Assembly: GCA_040285855.1 (NCBI GenBank)
Contig: JAUFOQ010000006.1
Location: forward strand, 1,736,001-1,800,000
Origin: Eukaryota sp. GEM-RC1
Taxonomy: Eukaryota
DNA: 64,000 nucleotides
Reading direction: 5' to 3'
In this document: piece by piece, positions 35,901-49,079 of the stretch
Layout: every line of letters starts with the position of its first letter
Numbering within the stretch: position 1 is the first letter of the stretch
Program-made: the position numbers and the translations under genes
The notes under the pieces: generated by a model
Seen by the model: the letters and a program-made list of their open reading frames with translations, nothing else
What the model was told of the DNA's origin: nothing
Database searches by the model: none

Positions 35901-36528
35901 TGCTGGTAAGAGGTTCGGGGGTAGAGGAGAAGAGGGAGTCAGCAAAGGCGAGGAGAGCATCTTCACTATCTGAGCATTGGTGAAGGAGGTTGTCTAGGAG
36001 AGAGAGGTGTTGCTTGAGCTCAACAGAAGAGGAGAATAGAAGGAGGGAGCGTAGTTCCATTCGGTGTGAGGTGGGGAGGGACGTTAGAGTGGCAGAGGTT
36101 AGTTCGGGAAGGAGGGAAAGTAGGGAGGACAGTCCTTTCCTTGAAATGACGTCTGTTGGGGACTGAAGCAGTGCCATGGCAAACATAAGTCTATGTAGTG
36201 GGGAGAAGGGATATAGAAGAAGTTTGTCAAGAGAACTGGGTGGAAGTGGCTCGACAATGGTAACAATACGCGAAGAGGAGTTGTCGGCTGCAAATACTTT
36301 ACCCATCTCTTGTTCAAACAACATGTGTAAGTCGTTGGAAACATGTTTGTCGTTAGGCATAAATTTGGGACTCCTGAGAACGCACTGCAAGAAGAACAAC
36401 CGAGTTCCATCAGTTATGAGACCATTTAGCTGGGATGAGCTCGTTCGTTCAAACGCTACCGCAGATAGAATGTTGTCTGGAAGATAGTTGACTGAGTACT
36501 GAATGTGACTCAGTATGAGTGAGGTCAT
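29930..36528 (-). CDS. CNOT1: CCR4-NOT scaffold CNOT1/Not1 (one homopolymer frameshift)
   Basis: LAARREYLHLERWL, LGAWLGLITL, LKFEIE-like MKFEIE, LLHDYPEFL, NQLRYPNAHT, RPHPWGLLITFIEL. FMEPF|LKR joins by adding one T at 30786-30790. Confidence 0.95.
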
Positions 36529-36737
36529 GTTTGGTAGGTGTGTATAGCAAAGAGCAGTTGCTTGAAGTTGGAAAAATTGTCTTTTGTCAAAGCAAATTGT
36601 CTTGTCTTGTCGTTTTTTAGCTCCACACTTTCCTTAAGTCTTGAGTCTGGATCGTATGTGAGTATATTGACATCATCTGTTGTTTTACTGTTTTGGTTGC
36701 CACTTGTTTTGGTTACAGATATCTGCCTGTCTGCCTA

Positions 36738-37985
36738 ATGTTTTCCCTTTTGTTCTTACTGGTGTTTCTTGTTGTCTTAACATACAGTTATGACATGAAG
36801 TTTAATGTTTCTCAAGAGTTTTTAGACTCTCTCAGTGATGCTCTTTCTTCTTCATCTGTCACACTACTTTCTAGAAGTAAGACTTATGACTACCTTTTTG
36901 GTTCTGTAGAAGTAGAACTCGATGAGGGTTCCTTAAAGATCGACCAGTATTCTATCGATGTTGATAGTAATTCTCTTCTAGTCTCATCACGCTACTCTTC
37001 TCTTACTCTCTGGGGTCGTTTCAGTATTAAATTCAGTTCTTTCAGCCAGTCTTTTACTGGAAACATTCTCGTCTCTAATGTCTCAGCTAACATTAGGTTA
37101 TCATCTCCCAATGTTGACTATTTTACTGTGTCCCTCGCAAGTCTAGTCATTGAAGATTTATCCTTTGATGTGTCAAAACACCCTATAACCAATTTTACTC
37201 TAAACTTATTCAAAACTGCAATTCTACAATTTATTGAATTCGATTTGTACACTTTCGTTGAAACCGTACTGTCTAATGTTCATTTACATCAACCTCTGAA
37301 TATCTTGCACACCCCTTTCTTATCTCGATCATTGGTTCTCTCTTCAAATTCTTTAAGTTTTGCCCTTGATCTATTCAATAGTTCATCTGCTCTTGATTTG
37401 GGTTGCCAACGTTCGTACGGTAGTTCTTTATGTTTGTCTTTCAGTGAGCAACTGCTGAATGATATCATCGGCCACAATCTAAACGATTACCAATCAAAAT
37501 CTTTCCATGTCCCTCCTGCTTTTGTTGAACAATTTAGCCCTTTATTCACCTACAGGCTAACTCAGTTACCTCATGTTACCGTCCGAAATGATTTCTTTAC
37601 CATAAACGCAGGCCTATCTTTGTCCATTGGTTGGGAACATGCTAATAGATCTGTAGATACTATTGAGACTTTTGACGTTATTCTAGAACTCTCATCAACG
37701 ATTTTGGTTCGCAATGGTCTCTTAACGCCTTACATTTCGAATATGTACATATCCACTTCACCTACACTTTCACCCTCTTTACACTCACTTCTGAGACTTG
37801 TTTGTGGAGAGATCTTCATACATACATTCAGTTCTGCTTCATTCAATGTCATAATCAATTCCTTCTGCCCTCAGTGTCCTTCTCTTATTCCTACCAATGT
37901 ACACTTGTTTGATGGTTATGTTGATATAGAACTGGAATTAGCTTCTGCTTCCAAACACGACAAAAATACCACCTTTATTTTTTAA
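36738..37985 (+). CDS. Secreted BPI/LBP (TULIP)-like protein, tentative
   Basis: Signal-peptide-like MFSLLFLLVFLVVLTYS, ~415 aa, beta-strand-rich alternating hydrophobic pattern. Confidence 0.55.
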   Translation: MFSLLFLLVFLVVLTYSYDMKFNVSQEFLDSLSDALSSSSVTLLSRSKTYDYLFGSVEVELDEGSLKIDQYSIDVDSNSLLVSSRYSSLTLWGRFSIKFSSFSQSFTGNILVSNVSANIRLSSPNVDYFTVSLASLVIEDLSFDVSKHPITNFTLNLFKTAILQFIEFDLYTFVETVLSNVHLHQPLNILHTPFLSRSLVLSSNSLSFALDLFNSSSALDLGCQRSYGSSLCLSFSEQLLNDIIGHNLNDYQSKSFHVPPAFVEQFSPLFTYRLTQLPHVTVRNDFFTINAGLSLSIGWEHANRSVDTIETFDVILELSSTILVRNGLLTPYISNMYISTSPTLSPSLHSLLRLVCGEIFIHTFSSASFNVIINSFCPQCPSLIPTNVHLFDGYVDIELELASASKHDKNTTFIF

Positions 37986-38511
37986 GACTGAGAATAATGC
38001 TATATACTCTGGGGAAGAAATCATTAACGATTGTGTCAAGGAATCTAGAGCTGATTATTGGAATAAATTGATAGAGTGACCACATCACTCCAAAATTAAC
38101 GAATATATAAATTAACATTCCCTTAAACTTGTTTGATCTGAAGCATATCATATAACGAGTGAAAAGAAGAACGGATATCACAGCAAGACAACGGTACAGG
38201 CGCTGTGGGAAATAGTAGAGTACTAAGAAGCACTGGCTCGAATGGGAAGTAGAAAAGGCACAAAACAGAAGACAGCCCTTTACAAGACCAATAATGAAAA
38301 CCACCAGTAGAAAGAGCATAGTATCATCCCAAAAGGTGAATGTCTGTGATTGGGGGACTGTAGCAGGTGAAGAGGGTGTAGATGAAGACAAGGGAACAGT
38401 TGTTAGTTCTTGAGGTTGTGTGATGGAGCCATGCGATGCTGATTCTATCTTCTTCAGTCTCTCCTCCCTGTTTTTGAGAACATTTTCCCTTCTGGAAAGT
38501 GTGTCAGACAT
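37975..38511 (-). CDS. GET2/CAML-like membrane protein, tentative
   Basis: N-terminal RRENVLKNREERLKKI basic helix, S/P/T linker and ~3 C-terminal TM segments. Confidence 0.55.
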   Translation of the reverse strand: MSDTLSRRENVLKNREERLKKIESASHGSITQPQELTTVPLSSSTPSSPATVPQSQTFTFWDDTMLFLLVVFIIGLVKGCLLFCAFSTSHSSQCFLVLYYFPQRLYRCLAVISVLLFTRYMICFRSNKFKGMLIYIFVNFGVMWSLYQFIPIISSRFLDTIVNDFFPRVYSIILSLKK

Positions 38512-39115
38512 TAAAGAAATTGACTTTCTTTTGATGTCTTCTTTTTTCTTTTAAAAGAAGATTTGATTCAAGTACTGGAACTGAGTGACAGGTGATATCA
38601 TAAACATGTGATAACAAAATAAAAAGATACCATGATTTTAATGTGTATGTACAAACACCAAAACAATAACAAAGACGAGATTCAGCTGAAAAATACAAAA
38701 AGAATCGAATACGCGTACTATGAGATAGAACAGAAACCAGTTTACAGAGTAACGAACTGACTACATCCTTAGAAAGAGTGGAATTACTGTTCAAGACCTA
38801 ATGGTGACAAAACAGCAAACTTATGAGAAGCGCAAGATCTATCATTTCCTTCGTTTGAGTTTGAGTTTGAGTGAAGCAGGTCGTGGGGGTTTGAGAAAAG
38901 TACAGTGCTTAACAAAGGAATCAACGTCTATGGAGGGAGGTTCACTCGGGAACTTTTGGTTATACACATCAACAAGAGAGACCGACGAGGATTTCAAGTC
39001 TGGTACAGTGTCAGGGAAGGTCAATGGGTTCAAGGTTGTGGTTTTCCGTTGTTAGCGAGAATCCCAAAGAATACATTTGAATTGAGTTGGTGTGTAGGAA
39101 AAGTAGCTTTGATAC

Positions 39116-40102
39116 CAGGGATCGGAATTTATTGTATTGTATTGTATTGCACTTTTGCAAACTGCAACAATAAATAATTGTATTGTTAATCAATAATCAC
39201 AAAATATTGTGAACAATATTGATTCTATTTGTACTGAAAAATATCATTAACTAACATTTGCTAGTATGATACAGTCGATTTTGCAATGGTCATAGTCAGT
39301 GTTAATAATGACATTACTAGTTCATGGATGTACAAAAAGTAATTCACGATCGAAACACCACACATCTATTGGTAAAAGGGATGGCTATACAAAATCGTTG
39401 AAGAAAAAATGAAATACCAAGAACAATATACACGTATTTCTACACTCTACTTAGTATATGGTCCAGCAGATTGGCGGTAACAAGTGTTTGAAGGTATATC
39501 CCATCATTCTCAAAATTCGTGCATTTGTTAGCTACAAAAATTGTCTTAGGGTGTCATTCATTCAGAAGCAGACCGTCGCCATTGATATAATGTTTGAAGA
39601 CAATAAATGCTAAAGAAAAACCAGAATTTCACACGAACTGTGAGAGTATACTAACAGTAAGAAGCTGCTCGGTGGAAAAGACGAATCTCCATGTACCAGC
39701 AACATACTTGTCTAAAATAGAATTCATATAGTGTTCACATTGAAAACACAACAACCAATATTTACGATTTATGGCGATAGTTTTGGACACATACATGACA
39801 ATTTTATTCATTGAGTGGATGGATGTGGGATGCAGCGGTTGATAACTGCTGCATTAACAATCGTACTTCACATGGTTGTCTCTAGGAGAAGCAGTACGGT
39901 CGTCACAATCATCTCTGACCTCAAAAAGTTGTCACTGATCTGTTTGGATGAGTAGATCCTAGGAAAGTAGACATGAAAAATAATTTGTATTGTAATCAGT
40001 ATATTTTATTTATTGTATTGTATTGTGGTACTCGAACAATAAATAATTGGGATATATTGTATTTAAATTATTTGTAGTGCAATTATTTAGTTCCGATCAC
40101 TG
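39116..40102. mobile_element. Non-autonomous hAT-like element
   Basis: TIR CAGGGATCGGAA / TTCCGATCACTG (1 mismatch); perfect TSD TTTGATAC; TATTG repeats. Confidence 0.85.
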
Positions 40103-40228
40103 TTTGATACTAGTAATTGTATCTAAAGACGATCTTCTATACTACTGTGAAATTTTTTTAAGTGCATATGTGACTAGGAGATTTTTCCAATTTCCTCTCA
40201 GAGTAATATCTCACAGCCCATTTTCTGC

Positions 40229-41283
40229 ATGACCTTATCTTTTGACCTTCTCTGCGATCCTGAAGTAGATCTCTTTACTCTTACACATCATGCGAGTGAA
40301 GATACGAAAGTACGTGCTGTATGGACATATTTGTGGCTCGAAAAACTCAAGCAGATGTTGCTTCTTACTACGCGATCAATCAATCTACTCTGTCTCGATG
40401 GGTAAGACAAGCGTTTAAACCGAAAGAATCCCATCTTAGGGACATATCCATATTAGATGATCATGATAGAGACTTCATTCTGACAACTCTTGAGGAAACA
40501 CCCGAGCTATATCTTAGGGAAATCGTAGAATTGTTGCTTCATCAACGCCATAAAAGTGTTAGTGTCAGTACAATACATCGTTTCTTAATACACTCAGGAT
40601 ACTCTTGGATGCGATGCCAAATATTAGTCAAGAGAGCCAAACGGAGCTTAATAGTCGCTTTCGAGAACAGACTTCTAATGACTATTGGACCCATCCAGCA
40701 ACATCGTCTGCTGTTTGTTGATGAAATAACTTTCAGGGCTGGAGACTTTGAACGAACCAGTGTTTGGTCCCCAAAAGGAGCTCCAGTACATAAACTCATG
40801 TCTACTCAGGTTTCTCATCCGATCTCGGCTTGTGTTGCTATTGATATCAATGGATATGTTATGGCACATATCCAAGAAGGCCACTTCTCAGTTCGTCTCA
40901 TTTTTAACCTCTCTTATTTCTCATGGAATTCTTTATACTTTTGGTGGTCCACGAAGTTGTATTGTGTTGGACGGTTGTAATATCCACAACCATGACAATA
41001 TCATACATGGTATGCGTAAAGCAGGAGTGGCATACCACATTCTTCCACCTTATTGCCCGGATTCTAATCCGATTGAAACCTTTTTTCAAAGTTTCGTAAA
41101 ATTGTCCGTGCAAATAGAAGACAATACAGTGAGTTGCGTCCTATTGCGTATCTACACTTGATTCTGGAGTATTTTATGCGATTTAATTGCTCTGATATCT
41201 TTGACCATGGTGGTTGGAAAGAGAATCAAATCTATCAATCTCCATATTTGATTAAACCTCACCTTAACAAAAATTTAGAATAA
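40229..41283 (+). pseudogene. DD34E transposase (frameshifted)
   Basis: HTH TQADVASYYAINQSTLSRWV, PELYLREI..VSVSTIHRFL, LLFVDE, VLDGCNIH-34 aa-LPPYCPDSNPIE; split across several frames. Confidence 0.85.
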
Positions 41284-41298
41284 TAAAACTGTTGATAT

Positions 41299-42234
41299 TT
41301 ATTGAAGTGGGTGTGAGTTCTCTACATTCAATGCCCCATTAAATTGAGTAACTAGAGCATGACACATTGCAGCCTTCTTAACTGATCTTTTTCTGGCTGT
41401 TCTCATTATGTCTGGAAGATCTTCAATGAGGTCCTCTACACCCTTTCTTCTTTTTCTCTCAACTGTTTCTAAACGCCGAGCTAGCTCTTCAACCATAAAC
41501 CCCATTTCAAAACCGTCTGTTTCGTCGTCGAGTGGCAGGTCAACTCGTCTAAAAAGGTGAGCTAGTTGGTTGGGTACAGTGTTCGCCTGAACTGTAGCAT
41601 CCTTTAGAAACAACTCTTCCCAGGAATTCCAAGCACTTAGAGGAGCATTCAAAGTGTCGTTCAGCTATTTAAGTTGTTCCACAGAAATGCTGCGACATTC
41701 CTCTTTCAAGCTCGCCTTCTTGAAGGCAGTATAGTCAGCGGGGCTAACGTTTTCCGGTGAAACTCTGACGGAGAAAGCATGTAGTTTCCTTTTTTCGTTC
41801 TCAGTAGTTGACCAGCTCAACACCCATCCACTGATGGTATCTGCGGTTACCTTGGCAAATTCATAGGTTCTTCCATATTCGAACATAAATTTCGGTTCTG
41901 CGTCAGGGTGTGCCATCAACTGCTGTTGCTGTACGAAAGAGTTATAGACGGAGATGAAGAGGTTTTGAAGGGTGGGAGGTGTAAGATCGCTAAGATCCCT
42001 GTAGTAAACATCAAGACTGTCTATGTCAATTTTATTCTTCTTTCGAGAAGAAAGACAAAAAAGGACACCTACAGAGACCTTAAAATAATCTTCTCTTGGA
42101 AGAAGACCTACAGCGCTGGATGTCGGAATTATCGAAAGATCTAAACGCCGACGGACAGTGGGAGTTGTAGAAGGAGGAGAAGAAACAGAGGACAATAGTG
42201 AGAAAATTGTGTGAGAATGTTGTAAAATATGCAT
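41299..42234 (-). pseudogene. Transposon ORF2 of unknown function (one in-frame TAG)
   Basis: ORFs 41665-42234 and 41299-41652 are in the same frame, separated by TAG plus 4 codons (~310 aa in total). Confidence 0.6.
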
Positions 42235-43496
42235 TTCAGATGAAATTCACAGTAGTAATTGCAGTCAATATCTACACGCAAAGTATGTGCAATTGGAGAG
42301 AGTGCATTAAGAAACGTGACTTGAGATCAAACAAGTTGTTGCATCCCCTGTTAATATAAACCAAAGGGATAGGTTCCTTTTGGCTTTCCCGTTGTGTGTG
42401 GTTAAACTTAAAAATATGCTTTTGATAATATTTTGATAATTGGAGTTTCTTTTGAACACTTTGGGTGTCGTAAATCGTTTTAGTGTTACTAAAATTAATT
42501 ATTCCGTTTTGATGTATTAAATAAAACCACAATTCATTCGGTACCCAAAAAGGCAACTTTCCTACAAGTGGAATATACATGCTGTTTTCTGCAATGATAT
42601 TTAGAATTCAGTTTGTCTAGGCAACTCAACAACCACGTCCATTTGGTTTGCACTTTTCTGATCAGGCTGACAAATTGAACACGGTTCCATTTGGTCTTTT
42701 TGCTAAACTACCCGACAACTCTGAATGTACCCTGCAGTATCCGTCACAGTACCACTCTGAGACAGAAAAAGCCGATTGAAGTACTGAGCCAAACTCACCA
42801 CAAGAAGCTGACAAATATCGCTCATCACAACACTCAATACTCTTAAATCTATTGACATGATTTCTATTACTTTCTGGCGTTTCTGTATGTTGTTTCTTCT
42901 CAGAAATACATTTTCGTAAAAAGAAACACACTAAGAATACAAAGTAAATAGTGTTGCCAATTTTTGGTGCAGACCAAAATCAAATTAAACATTTAAAGAC
43001 AACAAATTTGAAATGTAATTTCTCATTTAATTGTTCAAATTCTAAGACGTAGTTGGATGTTTTCAAGTAACGTACAGCCAATTAGGGATACTACGAAGAC
43101 TCTAAAATCTAATTAACAACAATTTTGTTACACCAATCAACTGTCGTTAAATCCATTTATAATTGTTTATGGCAGATATCATGAAATAAATAGTCTAAAA
43201 CTCAATATACATTAATAATTGACCCGATTTTTAAGTCACGGTATGACATTCCACTCTTTTGCAATCTCAAAGTTCATGTTCGAAACGGTCATTCAGATTT
43301 GGTTCTGGTTTATTGTAAAAACCAAAGTTAGAGGGTATGACAAGAACAGTTTGATACAGTAAATGTAAATCGTGAATGATACTCTTAAATCCGATCGGTA
43401 AGAATATATTAAGCGATATTGTCACAATACGAAACCATAAGATTGACAATACAACGGACCGAGTTAAGCACTCGTGGTTAACTTTATGTATAAAAG

Positions 43497-44148
43497 CATA
43501 GTTGTGCATACCTAAATTCGAGGTATTTCGGTAGGTATTAGGTATTGAGGTAGGTATTAGGTATTTTCATGTCTCATATCGGAAATACCTGTTGCTACCA
43601 AAAGTACCCTTCTAATGCTACATTTAAATAGTATTAATTTTGTTTAGTACAGTCATTTGGATTAATCAAGTTTTCTATTTTTGAACAAATGGATACATTG
43701 TACGTGTTCTAAGTCAACTCAACACCAGATTAAAACTGTTTGTTGAATTATTGCCTTGCCTCTCTTTGAATCATCTTTTCCCAATATAAGGACACTTCTT
43801 TTCCCACCATTAGGCAAATTTCTAAGAACCCATTGTAGAAGCTTGTCACAGCCAAGGTTATCAAGAAAGAATTTGTAAATATCAGGTGTAATGGTTGTCA
43901 ACTATAGGGATGGATTATGCCAAAGTGGAAGAAAAACAAGACGAACTGACGAGTAACAACGATTGTAGCACTGTATATAGTTGAGTGAGATGTTTGTACA
44001 ATATGATATATATTTTAGTTTCGATAACGCGTTCAATCATTTTTCTGGGTATTCAGGTATCAGGCTGAGGTATTCGGTATTTTGGTATTTTTGGTACATG
44101 TAGGTATTAGGTATTCTATTTATTGGGATATAGGTATCCACAACTATG
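43497..44148. mobile_element. Non-autonomous hAT-like element
   Basis: 18-bp TIR CATAGTTGTGCATACCTA (1 mismatch); TSD TATAAAAG / TATAGAAG (7/8); AGGTATT repeats. Confidence 0.85.
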
Positions 44149-44545
44149 TATAGAAGCAACAATTCAATGAGGGATAAATGTTGTAAATTATTTAATATTT
44201 ATAAAATTTGATAGCAGTTCAATCAGGCCCTCTCGAGTTCTTCTATCGTCCTCTAACTGCAATCCTATACAAACATCAATCACCTGCTTAATTAAAGGAC
44301 CATACTAAACTTTCAAAATATCTTTGATTTCAACACCAGTCAATTTACACTTTTCCAACCAAACTCCATCCAATATATAGTCTTGTACAGTATACAATTT
44401 CTAATTTCTACAAAATATTGGAGACACCTCTATACTGACATTATATGTAGTGAACTAATACTAGTAAGTTGAGAACAAATAGGTTTAGGTTTTGATCTGC
44501 TAGCCTTTTTGTCACCAAAAGAAATCCTTCTACTCTGACTTCACA

Positions 44546-45379
44546 ATGACCTCTAAACTAGTTTCCATCTATCCAGACCCAATTGTGTTCAGAGAACACC
44601 CCAGTACTGATTTAACAGTGACCAGTCAAAGTCAAAAAGTGCTGTATTATCAGTGCAAAGTAAACAATCCGCACTACGTGTTTTCCAAGTACTATGGTAT
44701 ACTAAAACCCAAAGAAACAGTGAAGATTGTACTTCAACAACCAAAAGTCACTGGTCAAAATGATCGAATATTGATCCAACTGGTGGATGCCACAAAGAAA
44801 TACAATGGTAATTCAGCAGACGAAGAGCTAATTCATAACGACTACAAAGGAAACAAGAAGAAAATGAAGGAATCAGTGAAGATATTTGTTTCAATTGAAC
44901 ATGAACATCCAAAAGAATTGGCCGAGCTCAAAGATATACCAGTAATCTTTGAAAATGAAGAACCTCCCTCAAGGAACCAGACTAAAAACGCACAGATCAA
45001 GTTCATGAAGGGGAGGATACACAGAGCTAAGAACGAAAGAGATGATCTAAGAAGACTGTGTGTTGATGCTCAACGAGTTTTGGACAGGTCCGAATTAAGA
45101 TCAATTGAGATGTTTCGGCAAATGTTTACTCTTCAACAGAAAGAGACGTTGTTGCAAGAAAAGATTCAGAATTTGAATATATGCATTGATACTCTGTCAG
45201 AAAGAGAAAGCGAAAGAGGAAGACGAATGTATTCCACTGACAGACAACCACTAGTAGAAGGCACAGAGACTGATCATCAACCAGGAAAATCGAAGTTCGA
45301 GATTCCGATGTTTTCCATAGCGGTTTCCTTAATTTCTGTATTGATTATTGCTTGTTTAGCACGAGTTTTTAATTTTTAA
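44546..45379 (+). CDS. VAP-like protein (MSP domain, coiled coil, C-terminal TM anchor)
   Basis: IYPDPIVF, CKVNNPHYV...YGILKPKETVKI, DRILIQ, followed by a coiled coil and hydrophobic tail. Confidence 0.7.
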   Translation: MTSKLVSIYPDPIVFREHPSTDLTVTSQSQKVLYYQCKVNNPHYVFSKYYGILKPKETVKIVLQQPKVTGQNDRILIQLVDATKKYNGNSADEELIHNDYKGNKKKMKESVKIFVSIEHEHPKELAELKDIPVIFENEEPPSRNQTKNAQIKFMKGRIHRAKNERDDLRRLCVDAQRVLDRSELRSIEMFRQMFTLQQKETLLQEKIQNLNICIDTLSERESERGRRMYSTDRQPLVEGTETDHQPGKSKFEIPMFSIAVSLISVLIIACLARVFNF

Positions 45380-46155
45380 AAATGTACTATAATTCTTGTA
45401 TAAAGTTGAGCTAAATAATGGACACCCCATTCTGCATTGACAAACAGTTGACAAACCAACTCTTGCAACCCACTACCTGCAACAATTACTCAACTGATTA
45501 CGATAGTCTAAGAGATATTGGCGTCTTTCAATAAGTCAAAAAACGCAAGAGTAGATAATGTTGAGTTTGGCTTTTGAAAAACTCGTTGTTTTGTTGATCA
45601 TGAATCCGAATTACTGAAGAGAGCTCTTGGTGTACTGTTAATGTACAGTGTTCAAGTAAAATAGTCTTTTTGTGTGGAATTCTGTTGTGTGTCTAAGTAA
45701 CGCAATAAAATTCAATACATAAAAAACAATACTAAGGCGATGCGTATCAAAAACTTCTTCTCGGATCTGGACTATGATTTATATATCTTTTCAAAACTGT
45801 TTGTTTTAAAGTTATTTTTGTTCCAGATAGAATTACAATGGCGGCTAGTCTTACTTAAACTCATTTGATTTTTATTCAAATTCGGTCCTGTTTTGCAGAT
45901 ATAGCCCATACTCGAGCAACACATCTAGATTTCAAACTAAATGCGTTGATAATCAATATTAATGTACAATATTGTTTTAATGACGGTGAGTTCCAGTTTT
46001 TGTTCCTTTCTTAATGTTTTTGTTGCCATAAATTCGAAATTCATGTTAAAGGAAACGATAAACAATATGCTCAAACTTGAGGAATTTGAGTAATCAGAGA
46101 GGAACTATTTTGCTAGCAACATCTACATGAACTAGTAACAATTTTTTGAACTAAA

Positions 46156-47733
46156 ATGCACATTGCTGAACTGTCTTCTTCCAAAATCCTTGGTCAGCTC
46201 TTTGGAGACAAACTACTGACTGATCATGATATAATATTCAATGGAACTGTTACCCCTGTTCATCGTGCAGTCTTGATATGTTCTTCTGATTTCTTTAGAT
46301 CCCTCTGGTGCATGGGATTCGCTGACCAGAATGACCCAACTTCAGACTTCTCATCTCTTCCTGTTTCTGATTCCAATTTTGAATCATTCTTAAACTATCT
46401 CTATGGACAGCCACTTACAATTCTCCCTGATAACTGCTACCATTTCCTTTATCTTGCTCGGTATTTCCAGGTCCAGTCTTTATCCTCCTTTGTTGATACT
46501 CTACTGGAGACAAACTCTAATTTTGTTTGGACATCTGCTATTGTTTCTGGAGCAGACAAATGTAATGACTTTGCATCCCTTTGTCGGATCTTTTCCTCTC
46601 TTCTTTCAAATTCAACGACTTCACGTCTACCCAGTATTCACCATTACTGAAGCAACTCTTACAACAGTATTAGAATATCTTTCTGAACATAATTCTTCAA
46701 GACACAATTATTTGTTTGTTTTAAAATGTTTAATGTTATCGTTATCCCAAAATATTGTTGACTTTACTTTGGTTTCAATCACGTGTTCTTTCCTCTTGAA
46801 GAAATGTATTCCCCAAAATGTTGTTTTCTCTGTTCTTAAGAAATCCACATCAGATCTAGATCCGGACATTGTTACGTTGGTAGAAGACTTTATAGCCAAT
46901 CATGATGGAATTCGTACAAATGTTGAATCTGAGTTTATTATTTTTACGTATCTGAATGAAACAGCAAGACTAAACTGTTCAATTTTAAAAAGATTGACCA
47001 AAAGTTGACTTCCAGTACATTAATTGACGAATTCTGTGAAATTGATCTGGAACTTTTAGCTCAGGAACAGAAACTTCCATTATCAGCTACCGCAGCACGT
47101 CATTTTTTGATCCTGATCAATCACTATGACTCCATCGACAACATGTCTATTGCTCCAATCACAGTTGATTGCAAATCTGAGCTAATCGGACTAACTTCCC
47201 TTCTCGGACTGTCATCAATACGTGATATTTTGACCCTTCCAATGATTGACTCTCAAATCATATCCAATCACAATCAATGGTCCTTTCTTTCCCAATCAAC
47301 TGGACATTGCACTTTCTCTCTCGTTTTCCGTGCATCTGATCATCTTTTCAGAGCATCAGCTTTTCGAGAAGTTTGCAAAGGCATATCACCAATAGTAGTA
47401 ATCATTTCAACCACAGAAAATGACATTATTGGAGGATATTCAACTAAACCTTTCTCAAAAAATGGACCTACATCATCTCCAGAAGCTTTTCTATTCGTAC
47501 TAAAGAGAAGAGGAACTTGTGTGAGAGAGAAATACGATATCAAAAAGGGACAAGAACGTTGGGCATTGTATAGTTCTAAAGAGAATGGCCCCTGCTTCAG
47601 CGGAGATTTAAAAATTTCTAACAATTGTGACCAGAATCCTTCCCTTTTTAAAAATGGATCGTATGAATCTCGAGAATTATTGAGTAGTGAAAACTTCTTA
47701 GTATCTGAATACGAAGTATTTATATGCAACTGA
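46156..47733 (+). CDS. BTB/POZ plus TLDc domain protein (several frameshifts; error or pseudogene)
   Basis: VHRAVLICSSDFFRSL...FLNYLYG...LARYFQV (BTB); LVFRASDH..FREVCKG..IIGGYS..AFLF..GPCF..EYEVF (TLDc). Confidence 0.75.
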
Positions 47734-47975
47734 AATGAGAAACATGGATTTTAAGGTATTATTTACATTAGAATTTCCGCCACAATTTCTGCTTCTTTTA
47801 GGAAAAATCTGTTTTGACTGGGCGCTCTAAAAACGATAGCAATCGGTCTGTTGATTGCTTCTTTCTTTGTTTTGATAAGGGATCAATGCTGAGTAAATTG
47901 TAAAGCTCTAATTTACGTTCAGGAGACCAATTGGAAATAACTGAAGATAATATTTTCTTTTCCTTTTTAGTATTT

Positions 47976-48882
47976 TTAAATTCTTCTTTTGGTTTTCACT
48001 ATATTATTTCCCCTCTTTTCTGGTGAAGATGCGTTATTTGATGACCACCACAGCAAAGACTTCAATAAATCCCCATTACCAACCGTCAATGCCATCTTAT
48101 AGAGCTCATACTGCCATAGTGATAAATGAAACAGAGGTTGATCAACGTAATTAGAAGCAAACAAAAGAAATTGGGTTCTGTTAATTAAAGGGGTATGAGC
48201 AAACGACCATAAGTTCAAGACATCAAAGGCAGTCCTACATGAATGATCTTTGAGTAAAACATTAAATGAGTTTTGAGTGATTCGCCTTCGAATTACTGAT
48301 TGAACTTTGATTGATGACGTTCTCAAAAGATTATAACGTGATCTGCACTGATACATTCGAAAGTTCTTTTGAATAGTGAGAGTACTATGACAAAGGTTTT
48401 TATAATACTTTCTACACTTCAACATTCGGAAGTTAGTCTGTAGAGATATACAAGCACGACGTTGGTCCAAGAAGTGAGACCTGACGGGAAGCATTCGGAA
48501 TATAGATTGAAGATAAATAGTAGCTATAATAAACTCTTGAAGTGGAATAGTGTAAAACTTTGCAGCATAGAATATGTTGGATTACAATGACTTCGACAGT
48601 TTTGGACCGATTTAAATTTTCTAAATTTTCAACAATAAAATCCAAAATTTGGTTTTTCGACCAAGGTAGTAACGGCACGCCATTTTCTTTAGTAGAAGAT
48701 ACCATGACAGTGACAGTCAATCGAGGTATACAATTCATTGTCGTTGCAATCTCTACATCAAAATAACTCAACAAAGAAGGAACACATCGAGGAGGTTCCC
48801 CAATTGATTGCCGTAATGACGTCATTGATGGATGGGAAATGTAATCGAAAGAAGGTAGGTAATACACCTTATGAATATACAA
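47976..48882 (-). pseudogene. IQ-motif-containing protein fragment (frameshifted)
   Basis: Tandem IQ-like repeats LQTNFRML, IQKNFRMY and VQSVIRRR. Confidence 0.5.
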
Positions 48883-49079
48883 TGAAGTGTCTGATAAAAG
48901 GGTGTAGGTTTCTTAGAAATAGTCCAGTTAGATCGAAAATATTTTCGAACCGAAGCTTCTAGTTACTCTCAAAAGAAAGTTCTTCATACCACCAACGAAA
49001 GCACTTTTACATAAATACTCGGCTCTTGAAAACCAACACCACCAAATTTTGAACTGAAAAAGGCGATTTAGAACTATTA

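Larger units (their letters stand above)
40142..42255 (+). mobile_element. IS630/Tc1/mariner-superfamily transposon with two convergent ORFs
   Basis: TIR CTACTGTGAA / TTCACAGTAG flanked by TA on both sides; encloses a transposase (+) and ORF2 (-). Confidence 0.85.

Noticed and set aside
31433..36487. Short ORFs antisense or out of frame within CNOT1 (and similar ones in DUS1, GlnRS, NEK)
   Set aside because: Shadow ORFs of long coding regions with no recognisable motifs.
38504..39033. Possible small gene MNPLTFPDTV... continuing into a hydrophobic ORF
   Set aside because: No consistent frame or intron links the pieces and no family was recognised; left uncalled.
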